NCBI RefSeq assembly: GCF_009914755.1
Contig: NC_060938.1
Strand: one strand, 5' to 3'
Length of the DNA: 64,000 nt
Source: the human T2T-CHM13v2.0 reference genome, Homo sapiens
In this document: positions 13,641-24,218 of the stretch, piece after piece
Position numbering within the stretch: the first letter of the stretch is position 1
Layout: the number at the start of each line of letters is the position of its first letter
Notes under the pieces: generated by a model
Told to the model about the DNA's origin: nothing
Database searches by the model: none
The model's input: only the letters and a program-made list of their open reading frames with translations
Program-made: the position numbers and the translations under genes

Positions 13641-14165
13641 TGTTACACTCTTGCCAATGCACCACAATGTAGTAGTCTCTCGCTGCCCAAGGCATCATCC
13701 TAAGTTCTTTGTCTCATGACCAAGAAAGTTAAGGATCCTGGACACCAAGGGTGAGGTTGGAGTGAAAGTTTAATAAGCGAAAGAAGAAAGCTCTCCGCTG
13801 CAGAGAGGGGACCTGGAAGAGGACTGTTGTTTCTACAGTTGAATGCAAAGGCTTTTATAGAAAACCCATGAGGGCTGGGAGTCTCCTTTGCATAAGGGGT
13901 GAATGTGTCGTAGCCCCACCGTGTCTTCCTAATGTGCGTGCGGGCCCCTTATTGCACGTGTGTCAGGGGACGGAATTTTCCATTGCAGGCATGTCTAAGC
14001 AAGTCACCTGGGTCGCCCTTCTCATGTTTGTGGGCGTGTCTTAGGCAAGCCCCTATGCAAATTCCTGTATCTGTGCCTGCAGGCTGTTGTTTTGTTTGAA
14101 AGGATTAAACCAAGGACCCACCCTAACTGCCTGCCTGACTGGGTTTTTTCTTTTCTCCTCTGTCA
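13641..14165 (-). mobile_element. MER61-family solo LTR
   Basis: Reverse complement begins TGACAGAGGAGAAAAGAAAAAACCCAGTCAGGCAGGCAGTTAGGGTGGGTCC. Near-TSD CCAC/ACAC. Confidence 0.75.
13987..14006. promoter_or_regulatory. p53 response element (zero spacer) in MER61
   Basis: AGGCATGTCT-AAGCAAGTCA matches (RRRCWWGYYY)x2 at 19/20 positions. Confidence 0.65.
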
Positions 14166-14411
14166 ACACAAAGGGCTATTCCCAGAGAGAAAGAGACTCA
14201 GCTGAGAGCTAGCTGTTCATCACCATCACTAGTCAGTGGAGGGAATGAGTGCCGTGTTCCTGAAGTGGGGGAACTGGGACATGCACCACCGCATCCACTA
14301 CACCTTGCCCAATTACTTCCTTGGCATATATTCCTAGATGTGTTTAGAGAACATGGACTTTTGATAAGGCTTTAGATAATGTCAATTGCCTTCTATAAAA
14401 GTGGTATTTCA

Positions 14412-14697
<286 letters not shown>

Positions 14698-15105
14698 GGT
14701 ATTTCACTTCTAATAGGAGAGCAAGAGACCATTTTTTCTTCTGTGTCAAACAATAGCGTGCCCTTGCCTGCTCTTTTATCTGTGATTCCACAGCATTTCA
14801 CACTTTATTATACCATGTCTCACATTCAGTGGGAATTCTTTCTTCTCAGTCTCCCAAATTACACTGTTTTCAAGAACAGAAAGGGTGTTTTATTCACACA
14901 TATCTCCTGATCATGTGCCATGTATACAGTTGGTCTCCAATTAATACATGTCAAGTAAATTAATGTCTCATTGTAGAAGGCTACGGAGTCACAGAAGATT
15001 AACTGACTAGAAACAAAGAAAATACTATACAAAAAATATTAGACATGGTGCAGAATCAAAAGGTGGTTGTGGAAGAAATGGAATGTGTTTTTCATGAAGG
15101 AGGAA

Positions 15106-15802
15106 TGTAACTACCCAGTGGTTTCACCTTGCCCACAGCCTAGACAGAGCCAGTTTATCAAGACAGGGGAATTGCAATGGAGGAAGAGTAATTCACACAG
15201 AGCCGGCTGTGTGGGAGACCGGAGTTTTATTATTACTCAAATCAGTCTCCCCAAGCATTCAGGGAAGCAGAGTTTTTACTGACAACTTGGTGGGTGGGGG
15301 GAAGCCAGTGAGCCAGGAGTGCTGACTGGTCAGTTAGGAAACAAGACCATAGGGAACTGAAGCTGTCCTCTTGCACTGAGTCAGTTCCTGGGTGGGGGAC
15401 ACAAGATCAGATGAGCCAGTTTATCAATCTGGGTGGTGCCAGCTGATCCATCAAGTGCAGGGTCAGCAAAATATCTCAAGCACTGATCTTAGGAGGAGTT
15501 TAGGGAGGGTCAGAATCTTGTAGCCTCCAGCTGCATGACTCCTAAACCATAATTTCTAATATTGTGGCTAATGTTAGTCCTACAAAGTGAATCTAGTCCC
15601 CAGGCAAGAAGGAGGTCTGCTTTAGGAAAGGGTTGTTATTGTCTTTGTTTTAAACTACAAACCATAAAGCAAGTTTCTCCCAAAGTTAGTTCAGCCTACC
15701 CCGGGAATGAACAAGGACAGCTTAAAGCTTAAAAGCAAGATAGAGTTAGTTAGGTTAGATCTGTTTCACTGTCTCGGTCATAATTTTGCAAAGGTGGTTT
15801 CA
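15106..15802 (-). mobile_element. LTR8 solo LTR
   Basis: Reverse complement begins TGAAACCACCTTTGCAAAATTATGACCGAGACAGTGAAAC. About 700 bp with TG...CA ends. Confidence 0.85.
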
Positions 15803-16061
15803 GAAAGGTGTCATGATGTGTACAATATCATCTGAAAAAGAATAAATGAGAAGCCTAGCTCTCCAATAAAAAGGCAACAATTAATGACTGCTACTGTAGA
15901 AAGGTGAATTTTCAAAAACAGAGAAGTGGTGTAATAAATATAGCTCAGGTAATATAAAAGGTCAGGGAAAAAAAGTGTGTTTTTTCCCCAGCTCTGCTAC
16001 TTATAACTTGATGAGACTTTTCGATAAATCTTTTTGGAAGCTCTTAAAAACTACCAATGCC

Positions 16062-16173
16062 AGCCAGGTACAGTGGCTTACGTGTGTAATCCCAGCACTT
16101 TGGGAGGCCAAGGCGGGCAGAACACTTGAGGTCAGGAGTTTGAGACCAGCCTGGCCAACATGGTGAAACCCCT
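16062..16173 (+). mobile_element. AluS 5' part (split by the HERV-I provirus)
   Basis: Left monomer stops at 'gtgaaacccct' and resumes at 22309. Confidence 0.92.
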
Positions 16174-16670
16174 AGTTATAAATAAAGTTTTGGTGCCACA
16201 AAAGAAATAGCACTCAAATATAAAATGTTCTTTTTAATTCTCAGCAAGGCAATGTACTTCTATAGAAGGGTGCACCCTTACAGATGGAGCAATGGTGAGC
16301 ACACACTTGGACAAGGGAGGGAAAGGGGTTCTTATCCCTGACGCATGTGGCCCCTGCTGCTGTGTCGTTCCTCTATTGGCTAGGGTTAGAACGCACAGGC
16401 TAAACTAATTCCGACTGGCTAATTTAAAGAGAGTGACAGGGTGAGTGGTTTGGTGGGGAAAATGGTTATGGCAGAGGAAGTAATCGGAATGAGTCAGGGT
16501 GGAGCAGGTAATTGGAATGAGTCAGGGTGGAGCAGGTAATCGAAAAAGGTTGCTTTACGAGGAAGTTAAAAGTAGAAGGCAAAGAATTGAACATACGAAC
16601 ATACTGACATACTGATTCTTTGAAGAGAAATTTAGAACTCATATCTAACAACCCCTCCTCTTATATTTCC

Positions 16671-18720
16671 TTACAGTTTTTTCTCTTCAAAATTCTTTAA
16701 CATGTCTCGGCTTAGTTGTTTTGCTTGATTTTCCAAAGGAAGAAGCTTCTCTGGATAAGGTGGAGGATAGTTAAGGGAGGTTTTAGTGAGTGCCATTTTT
16801 ATGAGCCTCTGCACCAACCCATGGATGCATGGTGTGACACAGCACCCGACAAGAATAAGTACACCCATTACGGCTGTGAGGGAAGTAAGAATTGAGGCTA
16901 TTATCCTTTTCCATTTACTGAACCACTTTTCTAGCCCTCCTATAAAGGGGTCATTTACCCCTGAGTTGTTGGCTAACTCATTGGACACAGCAGTCAGACC
17001 TTGCAATGCCTTTGTTGTACTTCCATCAGGGGCGGTGTTGTTTGGGATGAAGGTACAACATTGAGTTTTAATCATGATGCAAATTCCTCTTCATTCTGCT
17101 AATATGTCTAAGGCTATCCTATTTTCCCAAGCCATCTGGCTAGTAGCCTCTAATTGCTCAGCTATTCCTTTAACAGCAACTCTAGTGTAGTTAATAAATT
17201 GCTGTTGGTTGTAGTAGATGTAGTTTATCCAATCTACATTTTTATTAATTGTCCCCCACCAAAATATTGACTCAAATCCTGCAGCTCTTTGATTTCAGGT
17301 TTTAAATTGATCTGGTATTCCCCATGGGATTCCAATTGCATTTAAATAGATGTGAGTCGAAAGACCCGTAAGTGGCTTCTCTTGCTTTACAATGTCTTAT
17401 TTTTCCTTCCTCCGATTGATGAAATGCCAGGGTGAAAAGGATAGCCAATTGTACTAAAGCACAAGTGCCACTCCAGTTATTTGGCAGAGCTTCCGGTAAA
17501 GGTCCACAATACCACCACACATCCGCTAAGGGATGAACAAAGGCTGACTGATTTGTAAGCTCTTGGAAAGTCTTAAACTCACTGCATCCCTTCAGGTCTC
17601 CAAGGAACGCTAAGTTTCCTCCCTGTCATGAGAGACACTAAGTGAACTTAGTGTTGGGAGATGAAACACTCCCAACATCCCCGAGGGGATGGCCCTCAGG
17701 GGCTGACCCACAGGGTGCCAGACTTCAGGATATAGCAGAGAGAGAGAGCATGGCATGACTTGTTACTCCAGGCTGTAGAATCCTGGAAAAGAGCTACCAT
17801 GCAGCCCATGCCTGGTTGACTGGAGGACCACCCTAGTGGAAAGGGGACAATCTGGGCCTCTGGCCTGCCGTGCACACAAGCATAACAATTGCTTTTGTTT
17901 AACGTGCAGATGGAATATTTGATCCATTCCAACCAGGCATTTGCATCTTGGTATCCCGTCTTAATTGCCAGTTTGTTTTAAGTCTTTAACTTCTATGATA
18001 GCTATCTTGGTCTTGTCATTAGATGGAGGAGGAGCAATTGTTCCACTGTGAGAGGGTTTGGAAGAAGGCTTAGAGGAAGGTGCAGGTGGTGGGGGATCAA
18101 AGAAACACATTGCAAAGAATCCAGTAGGGTCTGTCCCTGAAACCTCAGCCCCCATACCATAAAACTGACTTAAAGAAGGGAACCAGCTTAGAAAAGTGGA
18201 AGAACTTTGAGGGTTTGAGATAATAACCTGTAGAGGATGGCACTGGTTTACCTGACAGTTGGGTGGCAGGGCTGTCCCTCTAGTAAAACGAATGTATGGT
18301 TTTAGGAAATTACAAAAACCAGTTGGGACAGTCTATCCTTGCTCTTTAGTGGTCCACAGAACGTTGGACCAACTACGGCATAAAAGCTCTACATCGGGGG
18401 GCAAGACTCCTGGTTGACATTGGGGTCTTTATCAAAATCTCCCCAGATTAAATGGTCCCAGTTCACTAATGCCCAGTCTGAGGAGAGTCAGGAGGGACAG
18501 AGGTACTTTTCTGAAGTACAGAGCTGTCTTTGACTTGGCCAATCCCCACAGGGTATAACAAGGCAAGCATCTAATGCAATAGCTTGAGGCGAAATTGACT
18601 TGGTTATGTTAATAACTAGATGGTCAGCAATAGAGTGAGGAAAGAAGAAAGAGTAATAGAATAGATGAAAGAGAGTTAAATTTTTCTTAGCTTTAGTTTG
18701 GTAGGGTTTTCCTCTGGGAC
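16671..18720 (-). pseudogene. HERV-I env pseudogene
   Basis: SU fragments (CYAC..GRPEAQIVPFPLGW; WWYCGPL..WSGTCALVQL). TM region has ISD-like WENRIALDILAE*, a CX6CC motif (CIMIKTQCC) and a hydrophobic anchor. Stops and frameshifts present. Confidence 0.85.
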
Positions 18721-21700
18721 TATGGCCCACGACTCTGGAGGGGGTGGTGCTTTCTTGACTAGGGTGTGATGAGTCCATCCCCTTTCCGCTGTATGAACAG
18801 CAGTCTCGGTGGTTAGCAGCACAAGGTAGGGTCCTTCCCAGGCTGGCTCGAGTTTTCCTTCTTTCCACCCTTTGATGAGAACGTGATCCTCAGGCTGGTG
18901 CTGGTTTACCGGAAATTCTAGGGGTGGTACCTGTGCTAAAAGACTTTTAGTTTTGAGGGCAAGGAAAGTGGAAGATAAACCAAGTATAAAATTTCTAAGA
19001 AATCGATCTTTTGTTTTAAATGTGGGAACATCAGCAGTGGACTTTAGAGTCCTTGGTGCCTTCTTACTGAGAAATTTCCTTTAGCACCTATTTTTATTAG
19101 TTTTTAGACCAAAGAAAGCCAAATACCATTTTATATTTGACAATGCTTCCTGTATGACTTTTATACCACGTAAGCTAAATTTCACCTTTATATTAGTGTG
19201 TTATTAATGTTAAACTTAATTTTAATAAAATCTTGTAGACATATTTATCTAATTCTTAATGTCTGACCGTAATGTAAGATTTTTATAGACTCTTTTTAAC
19301 CTTCTATAATTTTGGTTAAAGAGCAGGTTAGTGCTTTAAGAAAAACCTGTTGTGCTTTTATATTAATGTCCAGTTCACAGAAAAACTAGATTATACCCCT
19401 TTAACTTTAGCCAATATGCTTACACACAGAATTTCCTTTACAATTAATGTTTCAGAACTTGCTTAAACCTTTATAACCAGATATATTTTTTTAACCTTTT
19501 AATATAGGTAAAAATCCACATTCTTATGCCTCCTTATAATACTTTTACCAAAGGTATATCTTACTTTCCTTACACACCTTGCACATAAACTGTTTCTTCA
19601 ATAGTTTTACATTCAGGAGGCCTAATTACTTTTAAATTATACAACATTTCTTGCATAAACTCCCTTTTACAACTTTTTTTTTCATGACTTTCACAGACAA
19701 TTCTTCAACATGCCTCAACTTTTTGACTTGTTGCAAACATCCCTTTCTTTAAACAATCAGTTAATTTATCTTAGGACAAGAATTTACCATGTAACATTCC
19801 TTTTCATAAATTCTCCCCACCCCCTTTTTTTTTCTCAAAGATGATAACCATTCTTTTCCAAAGCGAACTTCCTTCCTGTCTGTGGACTAGACTGTCTAAG
19901 GCCACAAGGTTAGAAGTTAGGATAATACATACACTGCTAACTTTTATCAGACTTTACTTTTATTGAAAACCTTTTAAGTTTGGGATTTCAAGTATTCTTT
20001 GCCATTAATAAGACCTCATTCAGTCCATATTAACTTAGAATTGTATAGATGGCTCCTTCCTGATTTGTAAGTACTTTAAGGCTTGGCTGAGTGCAAACAG
20101 CTTGCACGTTTGAGCAGACCAATTATTAGGCAATTTTCCTAACTCTGCTTCTAGAAGAATTTCCTTGTCACTTAGTGAATACCCATTGTGTCTTTTTCCC
20201 TCAATCACCGGGAGCAACCATCTATGGTCCTGTCCTGAAGGGAGTTCCTCCTAGGTCTGGTCAGACCTTTGTATGGTAATTAAGATTTAGATCCCCTGTT
20301 AGGAAACCTGCTGGGTTAAGGGAATTTTCAGTGGTTAATGTTGAGTCATCTTTTTCTACAGAATAGCCTCACACTTTAAGGTTCTTGAGTCAGTAAGCTA
20401 CCTTTTTGCCTTTTTTTTTTTTTTTTTTTGGACTTAGGATAGTTCTGACCTGATGAGGTTTGCTCACAGTGAGGTTTTCTCTAGAAGTTATTTTTCTACT
20501 TTCTTCTGTTAGCAAAGAAGTTGCCACTACAGATTGAATGCATTTGGGCCATCCACAGGTTACTGGGTTAAGGATTTTTGATTAGGAAGGCTACGGGTTG
20601 TCAGTGGCCTTAGTGCTTTCAGGCTATACCCTTGTTTACACTGACAACAAGGTGGTATTGGAGCGTTATAGGGTCACGGAGAAGACCTTCAATTATTAAT
20701 TATAGGTTTTAAATTTACCCTGGCTTTTAAACAAATATAATACACTCTTTTCTCTTTACTACTTCTCTCTCTCTCTCTTTGACTCTGTCTCTTTCTCTTT
20801 GACTCCCTCTTTGTCTTTCTCTTTCTCTCTCCCTTTGACTCTCTGTCTCTTTCTGACCTCCTCTCCCCGTTTCTCTTTCCTCTTTGCTGGTCTTTCCCTG
20901 CCTCTGCCAGCTGCTTATGCTGCCATTCTCCCCTCTCCTTCCCCTTCCCTTTCCCCTAGGGGAGGGACCAGCGGGAGTGGAACTACTCTTTCTTCCCCCG
21001 AGGGGAAAGGAAAGGGGAGTTCTGAATGTTTTTCTTACTACCAGAGGTTTGTATGAGGTTCAACCCCCTGAAATTTGCAGAAGGCTCAACCCCTTAAACC
21101 AGGGATGTCTTGCCTTGCTGCTCTGGAAGGTTGACCTGTTTCCTCCCTTTCCCCCTCTGAAGGTCCCTTGCACACTTCCCACTCATGTTGTCCTCTCTGG
21201 CTGCTCCCCAAAGGGAGAATTAGGCCCCTCTTAGTGTTGGCTCACTGGTATAAATCCCACAGAAGGATCTGCCCTAAGCCACAGGAGGCTTACAGAACCG
21301 CGGAGAGGACCCACTCACTCCATCCAGCAGTAGGACTTGTCATAATCCACACGAACGACACGGCAAGTAGGGTTGTTTGTGATCATTCATACACACACAT
21401 TTAGCCCTCCAGAATTTGACCACCAAGGAAGTACTTTACCGGCTCCTGCGGCTTCTCCTTCCCTGGTCTACGCACAGTCATCACTGCAGTATGTGAGAAT
21501 CCTTTAAGTCAGGTTGCTAGCCAGTTTCTTTCTGCGTTGCTGAGAGCGCCGGTTACTCCTCACACTGGGTGGGTCCCACACTGGGTGGGTCCTGATTTCT
21601 CACCTCTGAGGCCACCACAAGGGGGCGGGGCATGCCTTCTCATGAGAGAGAACCAGAGCCCGCCCCCCGGAGGGGAATGTAATCACTGGCAAAACCCCAA

Positions 21701-22014
21701 ATTGTTAATAAAGTTTCGGTGCCGCAAAAGAAATAGCACTCGAATGTAAAATTTTTTTTTTAATTCTCAGCAAGGCAATGTACTTTCTACAGAAGGGTGC
21801 ACCCTTACAGATGGAGCAATAGTGAGTGCACATTTGGACAAGGGAGGGGAAGGGGTTCTTGTCCCAGACACACGTGGCCCCTGCTGCTGTGTCTTTCCCC
21901 TATTGGCTAGGGTTAGACGGCACAGGCTAAACTAATTCTGATTGGCTAATTTAAAGAGAGTGACAGGGTGAGTGGTTTGGTGGGAAAAAATGGTTATGGC
22001 AAAGCAGGAAATTG

Positions 22015-22206
22015 GAATGAGTCAGGGTGGAGAATGAGCAGGTAATCTGAATGAGTCAGGGTGGAGAATGAGCAGGTAATCTGAATGAGTCAGGGTGGAG
22101 AATGAGCAGGTAATCTGAATGAGTCAGGGTGGAGAATGAGCAGGTAATCTGAATGAGTCAGGGTGGAGCAGGTAATTGGAATGAGTCAGGGTGGAGCAGT
22201 TAATCG
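22015..22206. repeat. AP-1 motif tandem array (4 x 34 bp + 2 x 28 bp) in the 5' LTR10
   Basis: Unit GAATGAGTCAGGGTGGAGAATGAGCAGGTAATCT repeated four times identically. TGAGTCA at 22018, 22052, 22086, 22120, 22154 and 22182. Confidence 0.97.
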
Positions 22207-22308
22207 AAGAAGGTTGCTTTACGAGGAAGTTAAGTTTAAAAGTAGAAGGCAATTGAACATACTGACATATTGATTTTTTGAAGATAAATTTAGAACTCAT
22301 ATCTAACA

Positions 22309-22516
22309 CCCTCTCTACTAAAAATACAAAACATTAGCCGGGCATGGTGGCAGGTGCCTGTAATCCCAGCTACTCTGGAGGCTGAGGCAGAAGAATCACT
22401 TGAACCCAGGAGGCAGAGGTTTCAGTGAGCCAAGATCGCACCATTGCACTCCAGCCTGGGTGACAAGAGCGAGAAAAAAATTAATTAATTAATTAATTAA
22501 ATTTAAAAAGTCAAAT
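22309..22516 (+). mobile_element. AluS 3' part with (AATT)n tail
   Basis: Continues the Alu from 16173. Alu TSD AAACTACCAATGCC (16048-16061) / AAACTACTGATGCC (22517-22530). Confidence 0.92.
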
Positions 22517-22647
22517 AAACTACTGATGCCTGGATCCCACCACCAGAGTTTCCTGAGATAGTTAGTGTGGGGTAGACCTGCTAATCATGATGTTCAGATC
22601 TCTCCTAGTAATCTAGATGTTCAGCCAGTGTTGAAATTTACTTTCAT

Positions 22648-22922
<275 letters not shown>

Positions 22923-23470
22923 TTACTTTCACCAATTTACTTTACCTCGTGTGTAAAACAAAAGAGGGAATAAAAAGATTTTAAAATGAGGCTGTTAGTA
23001 TAGATCTCTAAATTCTCTTAAAATTCATTTGTTCCATAATTCTCTGAACTCAAGTGAAAAAGACAAGCAAATCCCCCAAATCCATAGGGCTGCTTGTGTG
23101 CTGTGTTTGGGGAAAAAGATCTGACCAAGGTTCTAGCTACCAAAGAGTTCTCTACTGAGTGAAAGGTGAGCTCATTTCTTTCGTGTGTCCTCTCACAGCA
23201 GAAGAGGTTCTGAATGTCTTCCCAGAATCTTGCAGGACTCTGTGATACTAGAAGTAGAAGCTGCAATGTTTAATGGGAGAAAGACTGAAAATAGGTTTCA
23301 GATACACAAAGATCTTACATAATGAATGATTCATGGCCAGTGAGAACAAGACAATATAGATGTATTCTAATGCATCTTTCTTATCTTGGTGGGGGGCTCT
23401 TACTGGGCATAATCTCTTGAATTGAAAATAAACTTTTACCCTTACTTGACATATAACTAATTGTATGGCA

Positions 23471-23537
23471 ATGAACACAAGAATTGAGTCTTACACTTAC
23501 CTATGAACACAAGCATTGAGTCTTACACTTACCTATG
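23471..23537. repeat. 32-bp tandem duplication
   Basis: ATGAACACAAG(A/C)ATTGAGTCTTACACTTACCT x2 with one mismatch. Confidence 0.95.
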
Positions 23538-23885
23538 TACTCCCCCCATGAATCAAATATAGTTCTAGGAACAGAGTGGGTAAACACATTTTTCTTAAAT
23601 TAAATTGAAGTTTACCTATTAGTACAACAGTATAGATCTGAAGTCCAAGGTAAACGATGAATCAGACAATTAAACATGGCGATAGCTATAGTTAGATCAG
23701 CCTAGATTTTCATTTCTCTCTGTTTGGGGGAGATAATAGCTTAGTAATGGTGTCTGAAATTGTATTCTGGGTCAGACTAGATTGTAGTGATGATACTTCA
23801 TGTGAGTTACATTCTCTGGGGTACCTCCTTTGATAAAAATACTACAAGTAACACCAGATTAACAGATTTTATTTACCAATTGCTA

Positions 23886-24010
23886 TTTTTTTTTAAAGAG
23901 ACAGGGTCTCAGTATGTAGCCCCGGCTGGTCTCAAACTCCTGGGCTCAAGCGATACTCCTGCCTCAGCCTCCCAAGTACCTGGGATTCCAGGCACATGCC
24001 ACCATGCCCA
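23886..24010 (-). mobile_element. FLAM (Alu monomer)
   Basis: ~125-bp reverse monomer containing 'ctcctgggctcaagcgat'. Confidence 0.8.
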
Positions 24011-24218
24011 GTGTATTTTCTAGTTCTTTAAAGTGATTAGGGAGTCCCAGGAACACATCATCCTCAGAAAAAGGCTAACTCATCTTAAGGTTCTACATTT
24101 GTCCTGATTTGTGTAGACATCCCTCCTCTCAAAGTGTGCAACAGGAGAAAGGTTTTTAACGTGTCCTTTTCTGGGACTTTATCTTACTATTTATCTTTTA
24201 TTTCATAGCCATTTTTTA

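Larger units (their letters stand above)
12991..14301 (-). mobile_element. ERVL LTR33-like solo LTR, interrupted by AluY and MER61
   Basis: Ends 'gcatccactaca' (reverse complement TGTAGTGGATGC). Characteristic internal blocks continue across both insertions. Confidence 0.7.
16174..22308 (-). mobile_element. HERV-I family provirus (HERVIP10FH-like) with two LTR10(A/F)-type LTRs
   Basis: 3' LTR at 16174-16650 and 5' LTR at 21703-22308 (reverse complement TGTTAGATATGAGTTCTAAATTT). Perfect 4-bp TSD CCCT. Degenerate tRNA-Pro primer-binding site (TGGGGTTTTGCCAGTGAT) at ~21682-21699, a polypurine tract, and env, IN C-terminal and RNase H remnants. Confidence 0.92.

Noticed and set aside
17650-17677. 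9-bp inverted repeat TGTTGGGAG/CTCCCAACA in the env relic
   Set aside because: Short enough to be chance or a trivial repair scar.
16671-18720. Domesticated syncytin-like env gene
   Set aside because: A stop follows the ISD-like motif and there are multiple frameshifts, so no continuous env ORF.
22015-22206. CRISPR-like array
   Set aside because: Head-to-tail repeats with no unique spacers, no cas genes, and a primate LTR context. It is a VNTR.
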